Below, piece after piece: positions 29,286-39,871 of a DNA stretch of 64,000 bases. The notes below the pieces were generated by a model. That model did not search any database, was not told the origin of the DNA, and was given only the letters and a program-made list of their open reading frames with translations. Origin of the DNA: Candidatus Bathyarchaeota archaeon (lineage in GTDB: Archaea > Thermoproteota > Bathyarchaeia > Bathyarchaeales > Bathycorpusculaceae); assembly GCA_963739305.1 (NCBI GenBank), contig CAVTZU010000013.1, forward strand, positions 94,008-158,007, written 5' to 3'. The position numbers and the translations under genes were made by a program. The stretch's first letter is position 1. Each line of letters begins with the position of its first letter.

Positions 29286-29939
29286 CTAGCGAAGGCTTGC
29301 CAGCTTTTCGCTGAACTCTTCTAGGCTGTGAACAAAGGTTTCTTCTTTGCACTGACCCGTCCTGTCCAAGTAGAAGGCACATATGCCCAATTTGCGGGGA
29401 ACTTCATAGTCGAAAACTCGATCATCTCCCACATGGACCATTTCCTGCGGTTGGATCGCACAAATGCTGCACACTCTTCGGAAAACCTTGACCGATTTCT
29501 TCACGAGGCCGAAATCAGAAGTTGAAGAGAACACAGACTCAAAATACCGTCCAGTGTCCGTTCTCTCAATCTCAAGATCTACGAATTCTCTTCTAGCGTT
29601 TGAGACTATAATCTGTCTGAGTCCTTTTTCCTGAACCTTCTTCAAGGTTGCAAGCACTTCAGGGAATGTTCGAATTCTGTCCACGTAACGACTCAAGAGT
29701 TCTTTCGGGGAAACGTCTAGCTCGAACTTCTTTATCCAATAACGCAAGTCATACCAATCAAGCCTCTCTCTGCCGACCTTGTCGTACTGAAGTTTCACAT
29801 CGGTCTTGGCATCTTCAAATGAAATGCCCTTTTTCAAAGCATAAAGGCGAGGGATACCCTCAAACCAAACCGAATCGACAAAAGCAGCGTCGGTAATCGT
29901 TCCATCCAAGTCAAACGATATGATTCTCGGGTTATTCAT
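29286..29939 (-). CDS. HAD-superfamily hydrolase
   Basis: FDLDGT, VSN, HVGD..D. Confidence 0.88.
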   Translation of the reverse strand: MNNPRIISFDLDGTITDAAFVDSVWFEGIPRLYALKKGISFEDAKTDVKLQYDKVGRERLDWYDLRYWIKKFELDVSPKELLSRYVDRIRTFPEVLATLKKVQEKGLRQIIVSNARREFVDLEIERTDTGRYFESVFSSTSDFGLVKKSVKVFRRVCSICAIQPQEMVHVGDDRVFDYEVPRKLGICAFYLDRTGQCKEETFVHSLEEFSEKLASLR

Positions 29940-29998
29940 TAGCGCTTAGACTTCCACGGATAACTTTAGATCCCACTGCACGAGCACTGCTGTGTAGT

Positions 29999-30502
29999 CT
30001 AGGGTGCTTGCCATTGCTCGTTAAAGAAAATCTCGGACTTCGCTTTCCTCGGCCTAGCTGATGGAGTTTCATCGGGTACGCCGATTGGCAGTATTGCGAC
30101 AACTTTCAGTTTTCCCGGAATCTTGAGCAGACGTTTAATTGCGTCTTCGTCGAAAGCGCCTATCCAGCAAGTGCCATAGCCAAGGTTGGTGGCCGCGAGC
30201 ACCATGTGCTCAAGGGCTATCATCGTGTCTTTTTCGTGCCATCTTTGCGACGCATCAGGATCAGCTGCAGCTACCACGATAGCGGCCGCATCGTTCAAGA
30301 ACGTTTGATTGTTAGCGGCTTGTGCGAGACTCTTTTTTCGGTCCGTTTCCTGAACTATTACAAACCGCCAAGGCTGTCGATTCCCAGCCGAAGGCGCGAG
30401 TCGCGCAGACTCGAGGATTATCTGCAGTTTTTCATCTGGAATTCGGTCTGGTTTGAATTTTCTGACGCTTCGTCGAGCTTTGATGGTTTCTACAACGTCC
30501 AA
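29999..30502 (-). CDS. Nitroreductase family protein
   Basis: RRSVRKF, APSAGNRQPW, LGYGTCWIG. Confidence 0.9.
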   Translation of the reverse strand: MDVVETIKARRSVRKFKPDRIPDEKLQIILESARLAPSAGNRQPWRFVIVQETDRKKSLAQAANNQTFLNDAAAIVVAAADPDASQRWHEKDTMIALEHMVLAATNLGYGTCWIGAFDEDAIKRLLKIPGKLKVVAILPIGVPDETPSARPRKAKSEIFFNEQWQAP

Positions 30503-30615
30503 TTGAGTTCTCCTCTTTCCGATGCACAGGCACGCAGAGCTTATTACTTTTTCGACTTCTTTCGATCGTTCGTCAAAATCTATATGAAACCCCTTGGTTG
30601 CTGTAGATTGGTGAG

Positions 30616-32904
30616 ATGGCTGGAGTGCGCCTTAAAGTCAGGGTAACGGGCATCGTTCAAGGTGTAGGCTTTCGCCCGTTTGTTTACAGGATCGCTGTGC
30701 AAAACGGGTTGAGCGGTTACGTTAGGAACCGAGGGGACGCAGGCGTAGAAATACTTCTAGAAGGCAGGGAATCGCGCGTCAGAAAATTCCTGATCGAATT
30801 GAAAACCCAGAAACCGCCTCTCGCGCAGATTCATGAAGTCCTGACTTCGGAACTCGAAGGTGAAGACAAATACCTGAGCTTCAAAGTTGAAAAGAGCTCT
30901 AACGAGGCCAAGCTTTCTGGGTCAATCATTCCCCCAGACATAGCCACATGCAACGAATGCTTGAGAGAGCTTCGAAACCCCGAAGATCCAAGGTTCGAAT
31001 ACTTCTTCATAACCTGCACGAACTGTGGACCGCGCTTCACGATAATAGAGAAGCTACCGTACGACCGTGAGAACACGACAATGAGAGAATTTCCAATGTG
31101 CGGTTTTTGCGTTCAAGAATACAAAGATCCCTTGAACAGAAGATTTCACGCACAAACCGTAGCGTGCCCCGAGTGCGGCCCAAAAGTTTGGCTGACCAAC
31201 GCGAAAGGTAAGACAATCAAACACAAGGACCCGGTCCGAGAGGCCGGAAAGCTTCTTCATGAAGGCAACATCCTTGCAATAAAGGGATACGGCGGATTTC
31301 ACGTTGCGGCATCAACGACAAAACATGAACCATTAACAAGGTTGAGAGATGCCAAACACCGAAAACAAAAACCCTTTGCAATAATGGCCAGAAGCCTCGA
31401 GGCCGCGAAGACTTTCGCACACGTCAGCTCCAGAGAAGCAGGCCTCCTCACCTCCTATTCCTGCCCAATCGTGCTGCTCAACAAGAGAAGCGACCACTGT
31501 CTGTCTGGGCTGCTGGCTCCAGGACTGCATAACATCGGCGTAATGCTTCCTTACACAGGTCTCCATCACATGCTTTTCGACAAAGTCGATGACCTTGCTT
31601 TCGTAATGACTAGCGGCAACCCGCCAAATCAACCAATAATCAAAGACAACGATGAAGCTTTGAAAACGCTAGCCGACACTGTTGATTACTTCCTCTTTCA
31701 TGATCGCCGGATAGCTCACAGATGCGATGACTCCGTTTCCCGCGTCCACGACGAAAAGCAAGTAATCATAAGACGTTCGCGAGGCTACGCTCCCGCTCCA
31801 ATAATCTTGAACGAAGAAGCAAGACATTGCTCACTTGCCTTGGGTGGAGAACTGAACAATACCGTTTGTCTGCTCTACAAGAATAAGGCTTTCATGTCCC
31901 AGCACATCGGCGACGTGGAAAACGTAGAGACCAAGGATTTCTTGGAGAAAGCTGCTAGCCACCTCGTCTGCCTCACAAACAGCCGAGTTGAAACCGTCGT
32001 GTGCGATCTGCACCCTAAGTTCACGACGACAAATCTCGCGCATGAATTAGCCGAATTGAATGGCTGGGAATTTGTTCAGATCCAGCATCATTACGCTCAC
32101 GTTGCGGCTCTGATGATGGAGCACGACGTGAAAGAGATGATTGGCATATGCTGTGATGGCTACGGATACGGCTTGGATGGTGAGGCATGGGGTGGCGAAA
32201 TTCTGTTTTGCAGCAGGAAAGAATCGGGGTTCGAGCGCCTCGCACATCTGCAGAAACAGCCTCTTGTTGGTGGAGACCTAGCGACGCGTTATCCGCTGAG
32301 GGTGGTAGCAGGAATTCTCAACGGCTTTGCTCCTGTTGAAGAATGGCTTTTCGAGAACGAGCAGCATTTCCCTTACGGCGAAAAGGAAATTGAAACACTC
32401 TTGCAACAGTTAAAGAATTCGAAGGGTCTAACTCAAACAACAAGCTGCGGCAGGGTGCTAGATGCAGCTTCAGCCATTCTTGGAATATGTTACGAACGAA
32501 CATACGAGGGAGAACCATCGATGAAGCTGGAGTCAGCAGCGATCAATGGGAAAGACATTTTGAACCTGAACCCGATACTCGATGGCGACACTCTTGTCAC
32601 GACTCATATGCTTCGAGAACTGTTTGAAAGACGAAAAGAGTATTCCGTAGAGGACCTGAGTCGATCTGTACACGCGTACTTGGCAAAGGGGTTGGCTATG
32701 CTGGCCCTGGAAAAAGCTGAGGAAACCGACGTTGAAGTTATCGGTTTCACCGGCGGAGTTGCATACAACGAAATTCTGACAGCTAACATGCGAAGAATCA
32801 TTGAAGATGCAGGCGTCAAGTTTCTTGTTCACGAAGCAGTACCGCCAGGAGACGCCGGCTTGTCTTTTGGTCAAGCTGCTGCAACCTGCTTCTTCCCGTC
32901 TTGA
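30616..32904 (+). CDS. hypF: [NiFe]-hydrogenase maturation carbamoyltransferase
   Basis: GIVQGVGFRP acylphosphatase domain, CxxC zinc fingers, QHHYAH, PPGDAGLS. Confidence 0.96.
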   Translation: MAGVRLKVRVTGIVQGVGFRPFVYRIAVQNGLSGYVRNRGDAGVEILLEGRESRVRKFLIELKTQKPPLAQIHEVLTSELEGEDKYLSFKVEKSSNEAKLSGSIIPPDIATCNECLRELRNPEDPRFEYFFITCTNCGPRFTIIEKLPYDRENTTMREFPMCGFCVQEYKDPLNRRFHAQTVACPECGPKVWLTNAKGKTIKHKDPVREAGKLLHEGNILAIKGYGGFHVAASTTKHEPLTRLRDAKHRKQKPFAIMARSLEAAKTFAHVSSREAGLLTSYSCPIVLLNKRSDHCLSGLLAPGLHNIGVMLPYTGLHHMLFDKVDDLAFVMTSGNPPNQPIIKDNDEALKTLADTVDYFLFHDRRIAHRCDDSVSRVHDEKQVIIRRSRGYAPAPIILNEEARHCSLALGGELNNTVCLLYKNKAFMSQHIGDVENVETKDFLEKAASHLVCLTNSRVETVVCDLHPKFTTTNLAHELAELNGWEFVQIQHHYAHVAALMMEHDVKEMIGICCDGYGYGLDGEAWGGEILFCSRKESGFERLAHLQKQPLVGGDLATRYPLRVVAGILNGFAPVEEWLFENEQHFPYGEKEIETLLQQLKNSKGLTQTTSCGRVLDAASAILGICYERTYEGEPSMKLESAAINGKDILNLNPILDGDTLVTTHMLRELFERRKEYSVEDLSRSVHAYLAKGLAMLALEKAEETDVEVIGFTGGVAYNEILTANMRRIIEDAGVKFLVHEAVPPGDAGLSFGQAAATCFFPS

Positions 32905-33062
32905 GCATCATTCTCCATGGCCGGATGAAGAGTCGCAAGGCTGATGGAAGTTTAAGTGCTAATGTAGCATAGTTTCACCTTTGAATATCTGTTTCCAACG
33001 TCACTAGCTTTATCAGCGTCCATTTCCAAGCACTTTCAGAGACTTGGAGTCAAGAAAAAAGT

Positions 33063-33299
33063 ATGTGTTTGGCTATACCAGCAAAGGTTGTAAGCCGGAA
33101 AGGGGACAAGGCTCAGGTAGACTTTGGTGAGGGAGTCCTCAGAGAAATCAACGTCACTTTAGTAGATGCAAGAATCGGTGATTACGTTTTGGTACACGCA
33201 GGCTACGCCATTCAGGTTCTTGACGAGAAGGAAGCTTTGGAAACTCTAAGCTTGTGGAATGAGATTCTTGGGGGAGAAGCCGCAACCCAAAAACCGTGA
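33063..33299 (+). CDS. hypC: Hydrogenase assembly chaperone
   Basis: MCLAIP..GDYVLVHAGYAI. Confidence 0.96.
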   Translation: MCLAIPAKVVSRKGDKAQVDFGEGVLREINVTLVDARIGDYVLVHAGYAIQVLDEKEALETLSLWNEILGGEAATQKP

Positions 33300-33315
33300 A
33301 CCAAGTTGGAATAAG

Positions 33316-34395
33316 ATGGCTGAAGGACTGAGGCTAAGAGATCCAGACTTAGCGAGGAGAGTCTCCAATAAAATTCATGAAATCGCAGCGGACAAGGGCG
33401 TTGTCAAAATCTGTCATGTCTGCGGCACGCATGAATGGACAATCACTCATTATGGATTAAGAAGTCTTCTGCCGAAGAACGTGGAAGTCATAGCTGGGCC
33501 TGGCTGTCCAGTATGCATTGTTCCAGCTTCAGAAATAGACGAAGCAGTTCAACTCGCACTGAGAGGAATAGTGATAACGTGTTTCGGAGACCTTTTCCGC
33601 GTTGCGGGTTCCACGAAGTCACTTCTTGATGCCAAGGCTGAAGGTGCAGATGTTCGCGTCGTCTACAGCATCGCCGATGCTGTAGAAATGGCAAGACTAG
33701 AACCGAACAAAGATTTCGTGTTCTTTGCTATAGGGTTCGAAACAACTTCACCTTCTACAGCGGTGGAGATTGCTGCAAAACCGCCTGAAAACATCAGTTT
33801 CTTGGTTTCTCACCGTACTATTCCGCCTGCCATGAAGCTACTTGTAGAGATGAAGGATTTGGAGTTGAGCGGCTTCATCGCGCCTGGTCATGTCAGTACG
33901 ATCATCGGTTTGAAACCATATGAAATCTTGGCGGAAAGATATAGAATGCCCGTTGTAGTGGCAGGGTTTGAGCCTCTAGACCTTATGTTCGGCATTTACA
34001 TGGTAATGAAACAATTGCACGATGGAAAACCAAGGTTGGAAAATGAGTATGTAAGGGCCGTGAACTGGGAAGGGAATCTGAAGGCCCAGCAGCTGATGCA
34101 GACTATCTTTTCAACTGTTGACGGTACATGGCGGGGACTCGGCATTATTCCTGAATCAAAGTTGACGCTTCGAAACGAGCATGCTGATTACGACGCGCAC
34201 CTAAAGCATGGGGTGAAAGTCCAAGAAGGAGTAGATGTTCAGCATGGTTGCAGATGTCATCTTGTGGTAATCGGTAAAATAAGACCTGTGGAGTGTCCAC
34301 TGTTCATGAAAACCTGTACCCCAGAGAGGCCTGTTGGAGCATGTATGGTGAGCGTCGAGGGAACTTGTCGAATATGGGCGAGAACGCAACAATGA
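33316..34395 (+). CDS. hypD: Hydrogenase maturation protein
   Basis: CGTHE, GPGCPVC, GFETT, PGHVS, GACMVSVEGTC. Confidence 0.96.
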   Translation: MAEGLRLRDPDLARRVSNKIHEIAADKGVVKICHVCGTHEWTITHYGLRSLLPKNVEVIAGPGCPVCIVPASEIDEAVQLALRGIVITCFGDLFRVAGSTKSLLDAKAEGADVRVVYSIADAVEMARLEPNKDFVFFAIGFETTSPSTAVEIAAKPPENISFLVSHRTIPPAMKLLVEMKDLELSGFIAPGHVSTIIGLKPYEILAERYRMPVVVAGFEPLDLMFGIYMVMKQLHDGKPRLENEYVRAVNWEGNLKAQQLMQTIFSTVDGTWRGLGIIPESKLTLRNEHADYDAHLKHGVKVQEGVDVQHGCRCHLVVIGKIRPVECPLFMKTCTPERPVGACMVSVEGTCRIWARTQQ

Positions 34396-34652
34396 AAAGG
34401 AGATCTCCGACTGGGTTCACGACTTGTTGCCGAGCAATCTAACCTCTTCTGGAGCCTTTGACCTGTTTTTCATTCAAGGTCCAAAACTCAACTTGTGCGC
34501 ATTCTAAACAAGTCATCTGCATCCTTTTCTGCCCGAAACTGTGGTGCTATCATTGGGAGGCAGCATTCTCGAAAGTGGAAAGAATACATTCCTCGGACAG
34601 AAAACAAAAGCGTCTAGGAGGTTCAAATTGATTTTAAACCCTTTTCGTTAAA

Positions 34653-34668
34653 GGAAAACCATATAAAT
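34653..34668 (+). promoter_or_regulatory. Putative BRE/TATA promoter of the rpl22 cluster
   Basis: GGAAAACCATATAAAT about 45 nt upstream of the rpl22 TTG. Confidence 0.5.
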
Positions 34669-34710
34669 CACCCTACCGCTGTTGAATTGCACAACTGGAG
34701 AGAATATCGA

Positions 34711-35199
34711 TTGCCAAAATGGGGATACTCCATAGCGGAGGAACGGTTGGATCCCGAAAAAACCGTCAAAGCAAGTGCAAGAGAGATTAGGGTATCCCAT
34801 AAAGCGGCACGAGAAGTTTGCAAAACGATCAAGGGAATGATGCTCACGCAGGCCAAGAAATACCTGCAGGATGTTATGGATAAGAGGAAACCTGTCCCGT
34901 ACAGAAGATACACGAAGAAACTGGGACATCACCATGGTTTGACCAAGGCTTTCGTCGGCAGATATCCGGTGAAAACGGCAAAATACGTCTTGAGACTGCT
35001 TGAAGGAGCTGAAGCGAACGCGGAAAACAAGGGGCTTGACACTGATAGGATGCGAATCATACATGCAGCAGCAAGTCAAGGAATGAAAGCCAAGACCTTT
35101 CAGCCGAGAGCCCAAGGAAGAGCAACGCCGTCCTATGATATTCTCTGTCACGTAGAAGTAGCCCTTGAAGAGCAGCCGGAGAAAGGGGAAACCGCCTGA
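34711..35199 (+). CDS. rpl22: 50S ribosomal protein uL22
   Basis: PKWGYS, SHKAAREVC, GRYPVK, PRAQGRA. Confidence 0.95.
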   Translation: MPKWGYSIAEERLDPEKTVKASAREIRVSHKAAREVCKTIKGMMLTQAKKYLQDVMDKRKPVPYRRYTKKLGHHHGLTKAFVGRYPVKTAKYVLRLLEGAEANAENKGLDTDRMRIIHAAASQGMKAKTFQPRAQGRATPSYDILCHVEVALEEQPEKGETA

Positions 35200-35969
35200 T
35201 GTCCGTTGTTAAGCACTTCATTACGGAGTCGATAAAGAAGACAGAAATCGATGAGTACCTTCAGAAGAAACTTGATCGTGCGGGATACGGCGGAGTGAGC
35301 ATATCAAAGACACCGTTGGGAACACACATAGTAATCTATGCGATGCGTCCTGGTTTGGTGATAGGACGTGGCGGAGAGACTATAAGAGAACTTGCAGCTT
35401 TCTTGGAAGAGAAATTCAAAGTCTCAAACCCACAGATTTCTGTTTCTGAAATCGAAGTTCCCGAGTTGAACGCTTATGTTGTCGCCTCTCGCGTCGCATC
35501 TGCCATGCAGAGGGGTGTACACTTTAGGCGAGCTGGTTTCTGGTCGCTCAATCAAGTCATGGAAGCAGGAGCACTGGGAGCAGAGATAGTGATCAGCGGC
35601 AAACTCAGAACCGAGAGAGCAAGGTTTGAAAAGTTCCGCGCAGGCTACCTGGTGAAATGCGGAGATCCATCTCTGAAATACATGCAGAAGGCTGAAGTTC
35701 ACGTTCAAATGAAACCAGGCATGTTCGGCGTGAGAGTGAGGATCATGCCGCCTGACGCGATTTTCCCAGACAAACTAAAGATTGTTGAAAGCCTTCCACC
35801 TGAAGAGAAGATCGAAGGGAAGACCGAAGAGAAAACAAAAGAAGAGGCGGCGCAGGAAGTAGCCGAAGTGAAGCCTGAAGCAGAAGCGCAAGAAACCGTG
35901 GCTAAAGAAGTCGAGACAGATGAAGCGGGAACTGAAGAGACAGGCCAAGAAGAGGAGGACAGGCCTTAA
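35199..35969 (+). CDS. rps3: 30S ribosomal protein uS3 (acidic C-terminal tail)
   Basis: RPGLVIGRGG KH domain, HFRRA, ISGKL. Confidence 0.96.
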   Translation: MSVVKHFITESIKKTEIDEYLQKKLDRAGYGGVSISKTPLGTHIVIYAMRPGLVIGRGGETIRELAAFLEEKFKVSNPQISVSEIEVPELNAYVVASRVASAMQRGVHFRRAGFWSLNQVMEAGALGAEIVISGKLRTERARFEKFRAGYLVKCGDPSLKYMQKAEVHVQMKPGMFGVRVRIMPPDAIFPDKLKIVESLPPEEKIEGKTEEKTKEEAAQEVAEVKPEAEAQETVAKEVETDEAGTEETGQEEEDRP

Positions 35970-36232
35970 TGCCAGTTGTCCGCGTCAAAGAAATCCGAGA
36001 GATGTCGCCTGAGGATAGATCGAAGAGACTCAACGATATTCGCACAGAACTTCTCAGACTAAGAACTATGATCGGTGCAGGTGGCACCGTCGAGAATCCT
36101 GGCCGTGTGCAAGAGCTTCGGAAAGCAATAGCCAAGATTCTTACGATAGATCATGAAGAAGCTCTGGGAATCCGAAAGGCTGAGGAAAAAAAGAAGGAAA
36201 AAACACGGCCTGAAAGGAAGAAGCAGAAATGA
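35969..36232 (+). CDS. rpl29: 50S ribosomal protein uL29
   Basis: EIREMS..ENPGRVQELRKAIAKILT. Confidence 0.93.
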   Translation: MPVVRVKEIREMSPEDRSKRLNDIRTELLRLRTMIGAGGTVENPGRVQELRKAIAKILTIDHEEALGIRKAEEKKKEKTRPERKKQK

Positions 36233-36510
36233 AAGTCACGCCGGATATCGTACGCTTCGAATTGATCGGATTAGACGCGAAGATCCACAGGAGCAGCAAT
36301 CCTGAAAACATTGGGATATCTGGCAGAGTTGTTGACGAAACACGAAACACTTTCTCTTTATTGGGCGACGGCAGACGAAGGATAATTCCGAAACAATCAA
36401 ACTTGTTTCACTTCAGATTTCCTGACGAGACTGTCGTCGAAATCGACGGAGCAATTCTTGTCGGAAGACCTGAAGACCGTCTTAAGAAGAACATCAGGAG
36501 ATTATGGTAA
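36229..36510 (+). CDS. rnp1: Ribonuclease P protein component 1 (Rpp29)
   Basis: [23 protein letters not shown]; canonical position. Confidence 0.93.
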   Translation: MKVTPDIVRFELIGLDAKIHRSSNPENIGISGRVVDETRNTFSLLGDGRRRIIPKQSNLFHFRFPDETVVEIDGAILVGRPEDRLKKNIRRLW

Positions 36511-36827
36511 TGTCGCTCACTTTCAAGAAACCGAAAAAGACATGCGACGACATAAACTGCCCTTTTCACGGGGAACTTTCCGTCAGAGGGCGCGTGTTGG
36601 AAGGCGTCGTAGTCAGCGCTAAGATGGACAAGACAGTTGTCGTTGAGCGAGATTACCTTTTGTACATCAGGAAGTTCAAAAGGTACGAAAGAAGACGCAG
36701 TCGAATTTCATCGCACAATCCACCGTGCATCGACGTGAAAGAAGGAGATCGCGTTATCATAGCTGAGAGCCGTCCGATAAGCAAGACCGTAGGATTTGTC
36801 GTGGTCGAGAAGGTCGAGGCGAAGTAG
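36510..36827 (+). CDS. rps17: 30S ribosomal protein uS17
   Basis: CPFHG..RGRVLEG, KRYERR, RPISKT. Confidence 0.96.
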   Translation: MSLTFKKPKKTCDDINCPFHGELSVRGRVLEGVVVSAKMDKTVVVERDYLLYIRKFKRYERRRSRISSHNPPCIDVKEGDRVIIAESRPISKTVGFVVVEKVEAK

Positions 36828-36829
36828 GC

Positions 36830-37270
36830 ATGGCGGCGAAGGCAAAGGGAAGAGGACTAATCGCGAGAGGCATGACGGCGCACGGACCTAAACTATCCCG
36901 AGGGCTTCAACCCCCCGCGGTGCTCAAATGCGCGGACAATACTGGGGCAAGGGCACTTAGGCTTGTCCAAGTCATGGGTTACAAAGGTAGACTCAGGCGT
37001 TATCCACGCGCCACGGTTGGAGACAAAATAACGGTTTCTGTTAGACAGGGTACTCCAGACATGAGAAAGAAGATCTTTCAAGCAGTTATCGTGAGACAAC
37101 GAAAACCGTTCAGACGAGTGGATGGCGTTTGGATCCAGTTCGAGGATAATGCCGCCGTGATAATAACTCCGGAAGGAGAAATGAAAGGATCCGAGATCCG
37201 TGGCCCAGTTGCAAAAGAGGCTGCCGAAAGATGGCCAAGGATAGCGAGTGCCTCTAGCATAATTGTATGA
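36830..37270 (+). CDS. rpl14: 50S ribosomal protein uL14
   Basis: CADNTGA, FEDNAAVI, GPVAKEAAERWPRIAS. Confidence 0.96.
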   Translation: MAAKAKGRGLIARGMTAHGPKLSRGLQPPAVLKCADNTGARALRLVQVMGYKGRLRRYPRATVGDKITVSVRQGTPDMRKKIFQAVIVRQRKPFRRVDGVWIQFEDNAAVIITPEGEMKGSEIRGPVAKEAAERWPRIASASSIIV

Positions 37271-37280
37271 GGTTGAGAGA

Positions 37281-37982
37281 ATGCAAGCGACGAAGCCTTT
37301 GACAAAACCAAACAAACAAAGAAGAATGCGTTATCTAGCGCCAGCTCATCTGCGTCATAAGCTCATGGCTGCCCATCTTTCACCCGAGTTGAGAGCTTCA
37401 CATGGGGTCAGAAGCTTCCCAGTTCGAACAGGAGACACGGTTCGCGTCGTCAGAGGAGATCACAAGGGAGTTGAAGGCAAGATCACAAGCGTGAAGCTGT
37501 CGAAGTACAGGATATTCGTTGACGGATTGACGCGTGAGAAAGTTGATGGAACCACGATAAATGTTCCGATACACCCTTCAAAAGTCATGGTCACGCGCCT
37601 TAACCTCGATGACAAGTGGCGAAAGGAAATCTTGGATCTGAAGAAAGAAGGACGCAAGAAACTCGAGAAAGCTGAGAAGGCAGTGAAGAAACCCGCGCCG
37701 AAGCCTGAATTGAAGCCTGAAGAAAAAACGGTCAAAGTTGAAGAAGAAGCAAAAGAAGTTGCTGAAGAGAAGCCTGCTGTGAAGGCCAAAGTTGCGAAGA
37801 AGAAACCTGCGCCAGCAAGAAAGAAGCCTGCCAGAAAGAAGAAGGCAGAGAAAGCCGTGCCAGAAGCGAAGGAAGCCAAACCGGAAGCCAAGCGCGAGCC
37901 AAAGGAAAAAACGAAACCTCCCACGAAGCCTAAGCGCACGTCCCGCAAGACCGCCAAGAAGACGGAAGAAGGAGAAGAGTGA
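37281..37982 (+). CDS. rpl24: 50S ribosomal protein uL24 with long K/A/E/P-rich extension
   Basis: KQR..APAHLRHK, GDTVRVVRGD, IHPSKV. Confidence 0.94.
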   Translation: MQATKPLTKPNKQRRMRYLAPAHLRHKLMAAHLSPELRASHGVRSFPVRTGDTVRVVRGDHKGVEGKITSVKLSKYRIFVDGLTREKVDGTTINVPIHPSKVMVTRLNLDDKWRKEILDLKKEGRKKLEKAEKAVKKPAPKPELKPEEKTVKVEEEAKEVAEEKPAVKAKVAKKKPAPARKKPARKKKAEKAVPEAKEAKPEAKREPKEKTKPPTKPKRTSRKTAKKTEEGEE

Positions 37983-37984
37983 TC

Positions 37985-38743
37985 ATGGGTGGAAAAGGCA
38001 AATCATCTGGGCTGAAACGCAAACCTGCGCCGAGATTTTGGCCGATACACAGGAAAGAATTCACGTGGGCTGTCAATCCAAATTCGGGACCCCACTCATT
38101 TGAGAAGTGTATACCGTTAGCCATCATTCTGCGCGACGTTCTGGGCTTTGCTGAGACAAGAAAAGAGGCAAAGACGATAGTGGCCCAAGGGAAAGTTTTG
38201 GTAGATGGGAGAATAAGACGGAGCGACGACTTCCCAGTAGGATTAATGGATGTTGTTTCATTTCCAGAAATAGGCAAGACTTTCTGCGTTTTTCCTTCGT
38301 ATAAAGGTTTGATCATGAACCCCATCAAGGATGAAGAAGCAAAATTCAAGCTGTGCAGGATTGAAGACAAGACGACAGTTGGCAAGGGACAGCTCCAACT
38401 TCGTCTTCATGATGGATCCAACGTCATAGTCAGGGTTGCAGATCTGAAAAACCCACAGGAAGATGTTTACAAGACGCTTGACACCGTCAAAATAAGTCTT
38501 CCTGAACGACAAATTGTCGAACACATGAAGATGAAAGAAAAAGACTTTGCCGTCATTACAGGCGGCAAGAACGTCGGAAAATTAGGCAAAATAGTTGAGA
38601 TCGAGAAGGCAGAAGGCAAGAAGCGAAGAAATGCATTAGTGACCGTTGAGGATGAAAAAAGTAACCGATACCAGACGACCCTTGAATTCGTCTTCGCGAT
38701 AGGCGAGACGCAACCGCTCATCTCGTTACCGGAGGCAGCGTGA
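37985..38743 (+). CDS. rps4e: 30S ribosomal protein eS4
   Basis: LKRKPAPRFWPIHRK, GPH, PVGLMDV, LHDGSN. Confidence 0.96.
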   Translation: MGGKGKSSGLKRKPAPRFWPIHRKEFTWAVNPNSGPHSFEKCIPLAIILRDVLGFAETRKEAKTIVAQGKVLVDGRIRRSDDFPVGLMDVVSFPEIGKTFCVFPSYKGLIMNPIKDEEAKFKLCRIEDKTTVGKGQLQLRLHDGSNVIVRVADLKNPQEDVYKTLDTVKISLPERQIVEHMKMKEKDFAVITGGKNVGKLGKIVEIEKAEGKKRRNALVTVEDEKSNRYQTTLEFVFAIGETQPLISLPEAA

Positions 38744-38744
38744 C

Positions 38745-39284
38745 TTGTCCAGTGACGAAGTTCACAAGAAATGGGAAAGCCAACCCATGCTTAAGCCCAA
38801 GATAGAGAAGGTGGTAGTCAACATCAGCGTCGGAAAGTCTGGTGAGCCGCTTGAAAAAGCCACGAGAGTCTTGAAGGAGATAACGGGTCAAACTCCATGT
38901 AAAAGAAGGGCAAAAGATTCAATTAGAGACTTCAACATTCGAAAGGGCGAATCCATAGCCTGTATCGTAACGCTCAGGGATGAGAAAGCACTTGAGTTCC
39001 TGAACAAGGCTCTGCCGGTCGTTGACAAGAAACTTTCTGCCAGATCATTTGACAAGCAGGGAAACTTCTCTTTCGGGTTAAAAGAACACATCGAATTGCC
39101 AGGTGTAAAGTATGACCCAGATGTTGGCATCTTTGGTATGGACGTATGCGTATCGATGATTCGACCTGGTTACCGAGTCAAGAGCCGGAGGAAACAAAAA
39201 GGCAAAATCGGTTCAAAGCACGTTCTGACGCCTGAAGAATCCATGACTTTCGCAAGAGAAACCTTCGGAGTCGAGATCGTCTAG
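38745..39284 (+). CDS. rpl5: 50S ribosomal protein uL5
   Basis: KIEKVVVN, FDKQGNFSFG, YDPDVGIFGMD. Confidence 0.96.
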   Translation: MSSDEVHKKWESQPMLKPKIEKVVVNISVGKSGEPLEKATRVLKEITGQTPCKRRAKDSIRDFNIRKGESIACIVTLRDEKALEFLNKALPVVDKKLSARSFDKQGNFSFGLKEHIELPGVKYDPDVGIFGMDVCVSMIRPGYRVKSRRKQKGKIGSKHVLTPEESMTFARETFGVEIV

Positions 39285-39299
39285 ACAGGTGGAGAATGA

Positions 39300-39464
39300 A
39301 TGGGGAAACAGAAATCCAAGAAGGACAGAAAATACGGAAAGGGCGCCAGACCCTGCAGCAGATGCGGATCCTACGGTCCGGTAATCAGACGTTACGATTT
39401 ATATCTATGTCGGCATTGTTTTAGGGAGGTAGCCAAAAAACTCGGCTTCAAAAAGTACGAGTGA
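39300..39464 (+). CDS. rps14: 30S ribosomal protein uS14 (type Z; absent from the ORF track)
   Basis: Own translation: [54 protein letters not shown]. Confidence 0.95.
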   Translation: MGKQKSKKDRKYGKGARPCSRCGSYGPVIRRYDLYLCRHCFREVAKKLGFKKYE

Positions 39465-39475
39465 GAGGAACCTGT

Positions 39476-39859
39476 ATGGACACTTTAGCAAATGGCTTGA
39501 CCACAGTCATCAACAACGAGATGCGAAACAAGCATGAGTGCATAATCAGTCCAGCGTCTAAGCTTCTCGGCCGAGTCTTGAGGATAATGCAGTTGAACGG
39601 TTACATAGGCGAATTCGAGTTCATTGATGATGGACGCTCTGGAAAATTCAAAGTCCAACTGCTCGGAAGAATAAACAAGTGTGGCGCGATAAGACCGCGA
39701 TTCCCAATCAAAACAGACCAGTTTGAAGAGTGGGAGAAGAAATTTCTTCCGTCGCGAGAGGTCGGTCTTCTGGTCGTTTCGGCTCCCACAGGCATTGTTT
39801 CACATCGAGATGCAAAAGAGAAACGCACCGGAGGCAGGCTGCTAGCATTCGTTTACTGA
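39476..39859 (+). CDS. rps8: 30S ribosomal protein uS8
   Basis: DTLANGL, GYIGEFEFIDDGRSGK, GGRLLAFVY. Confidence 0.96.
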   Translation: MDTLANGLTTVINNEMRNKHECIISPASKLLGRVLRIMQLNGYIGEFEFIDDGRSGKFKVQLLGRINKCGAIRPRFPIKTDQFEEWEKKFLPSREVGLLVVSAPTGIVSHRDAKEKRTGGRLLAFVY

Positions 39860-39871
39860 GAGGCGTTGGCA

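Noticed and set aside
34396-34650. Possible small gene between hypD and rpl22
   Set aside because: Only short ORFs without RBS or motifs in the frames I examined
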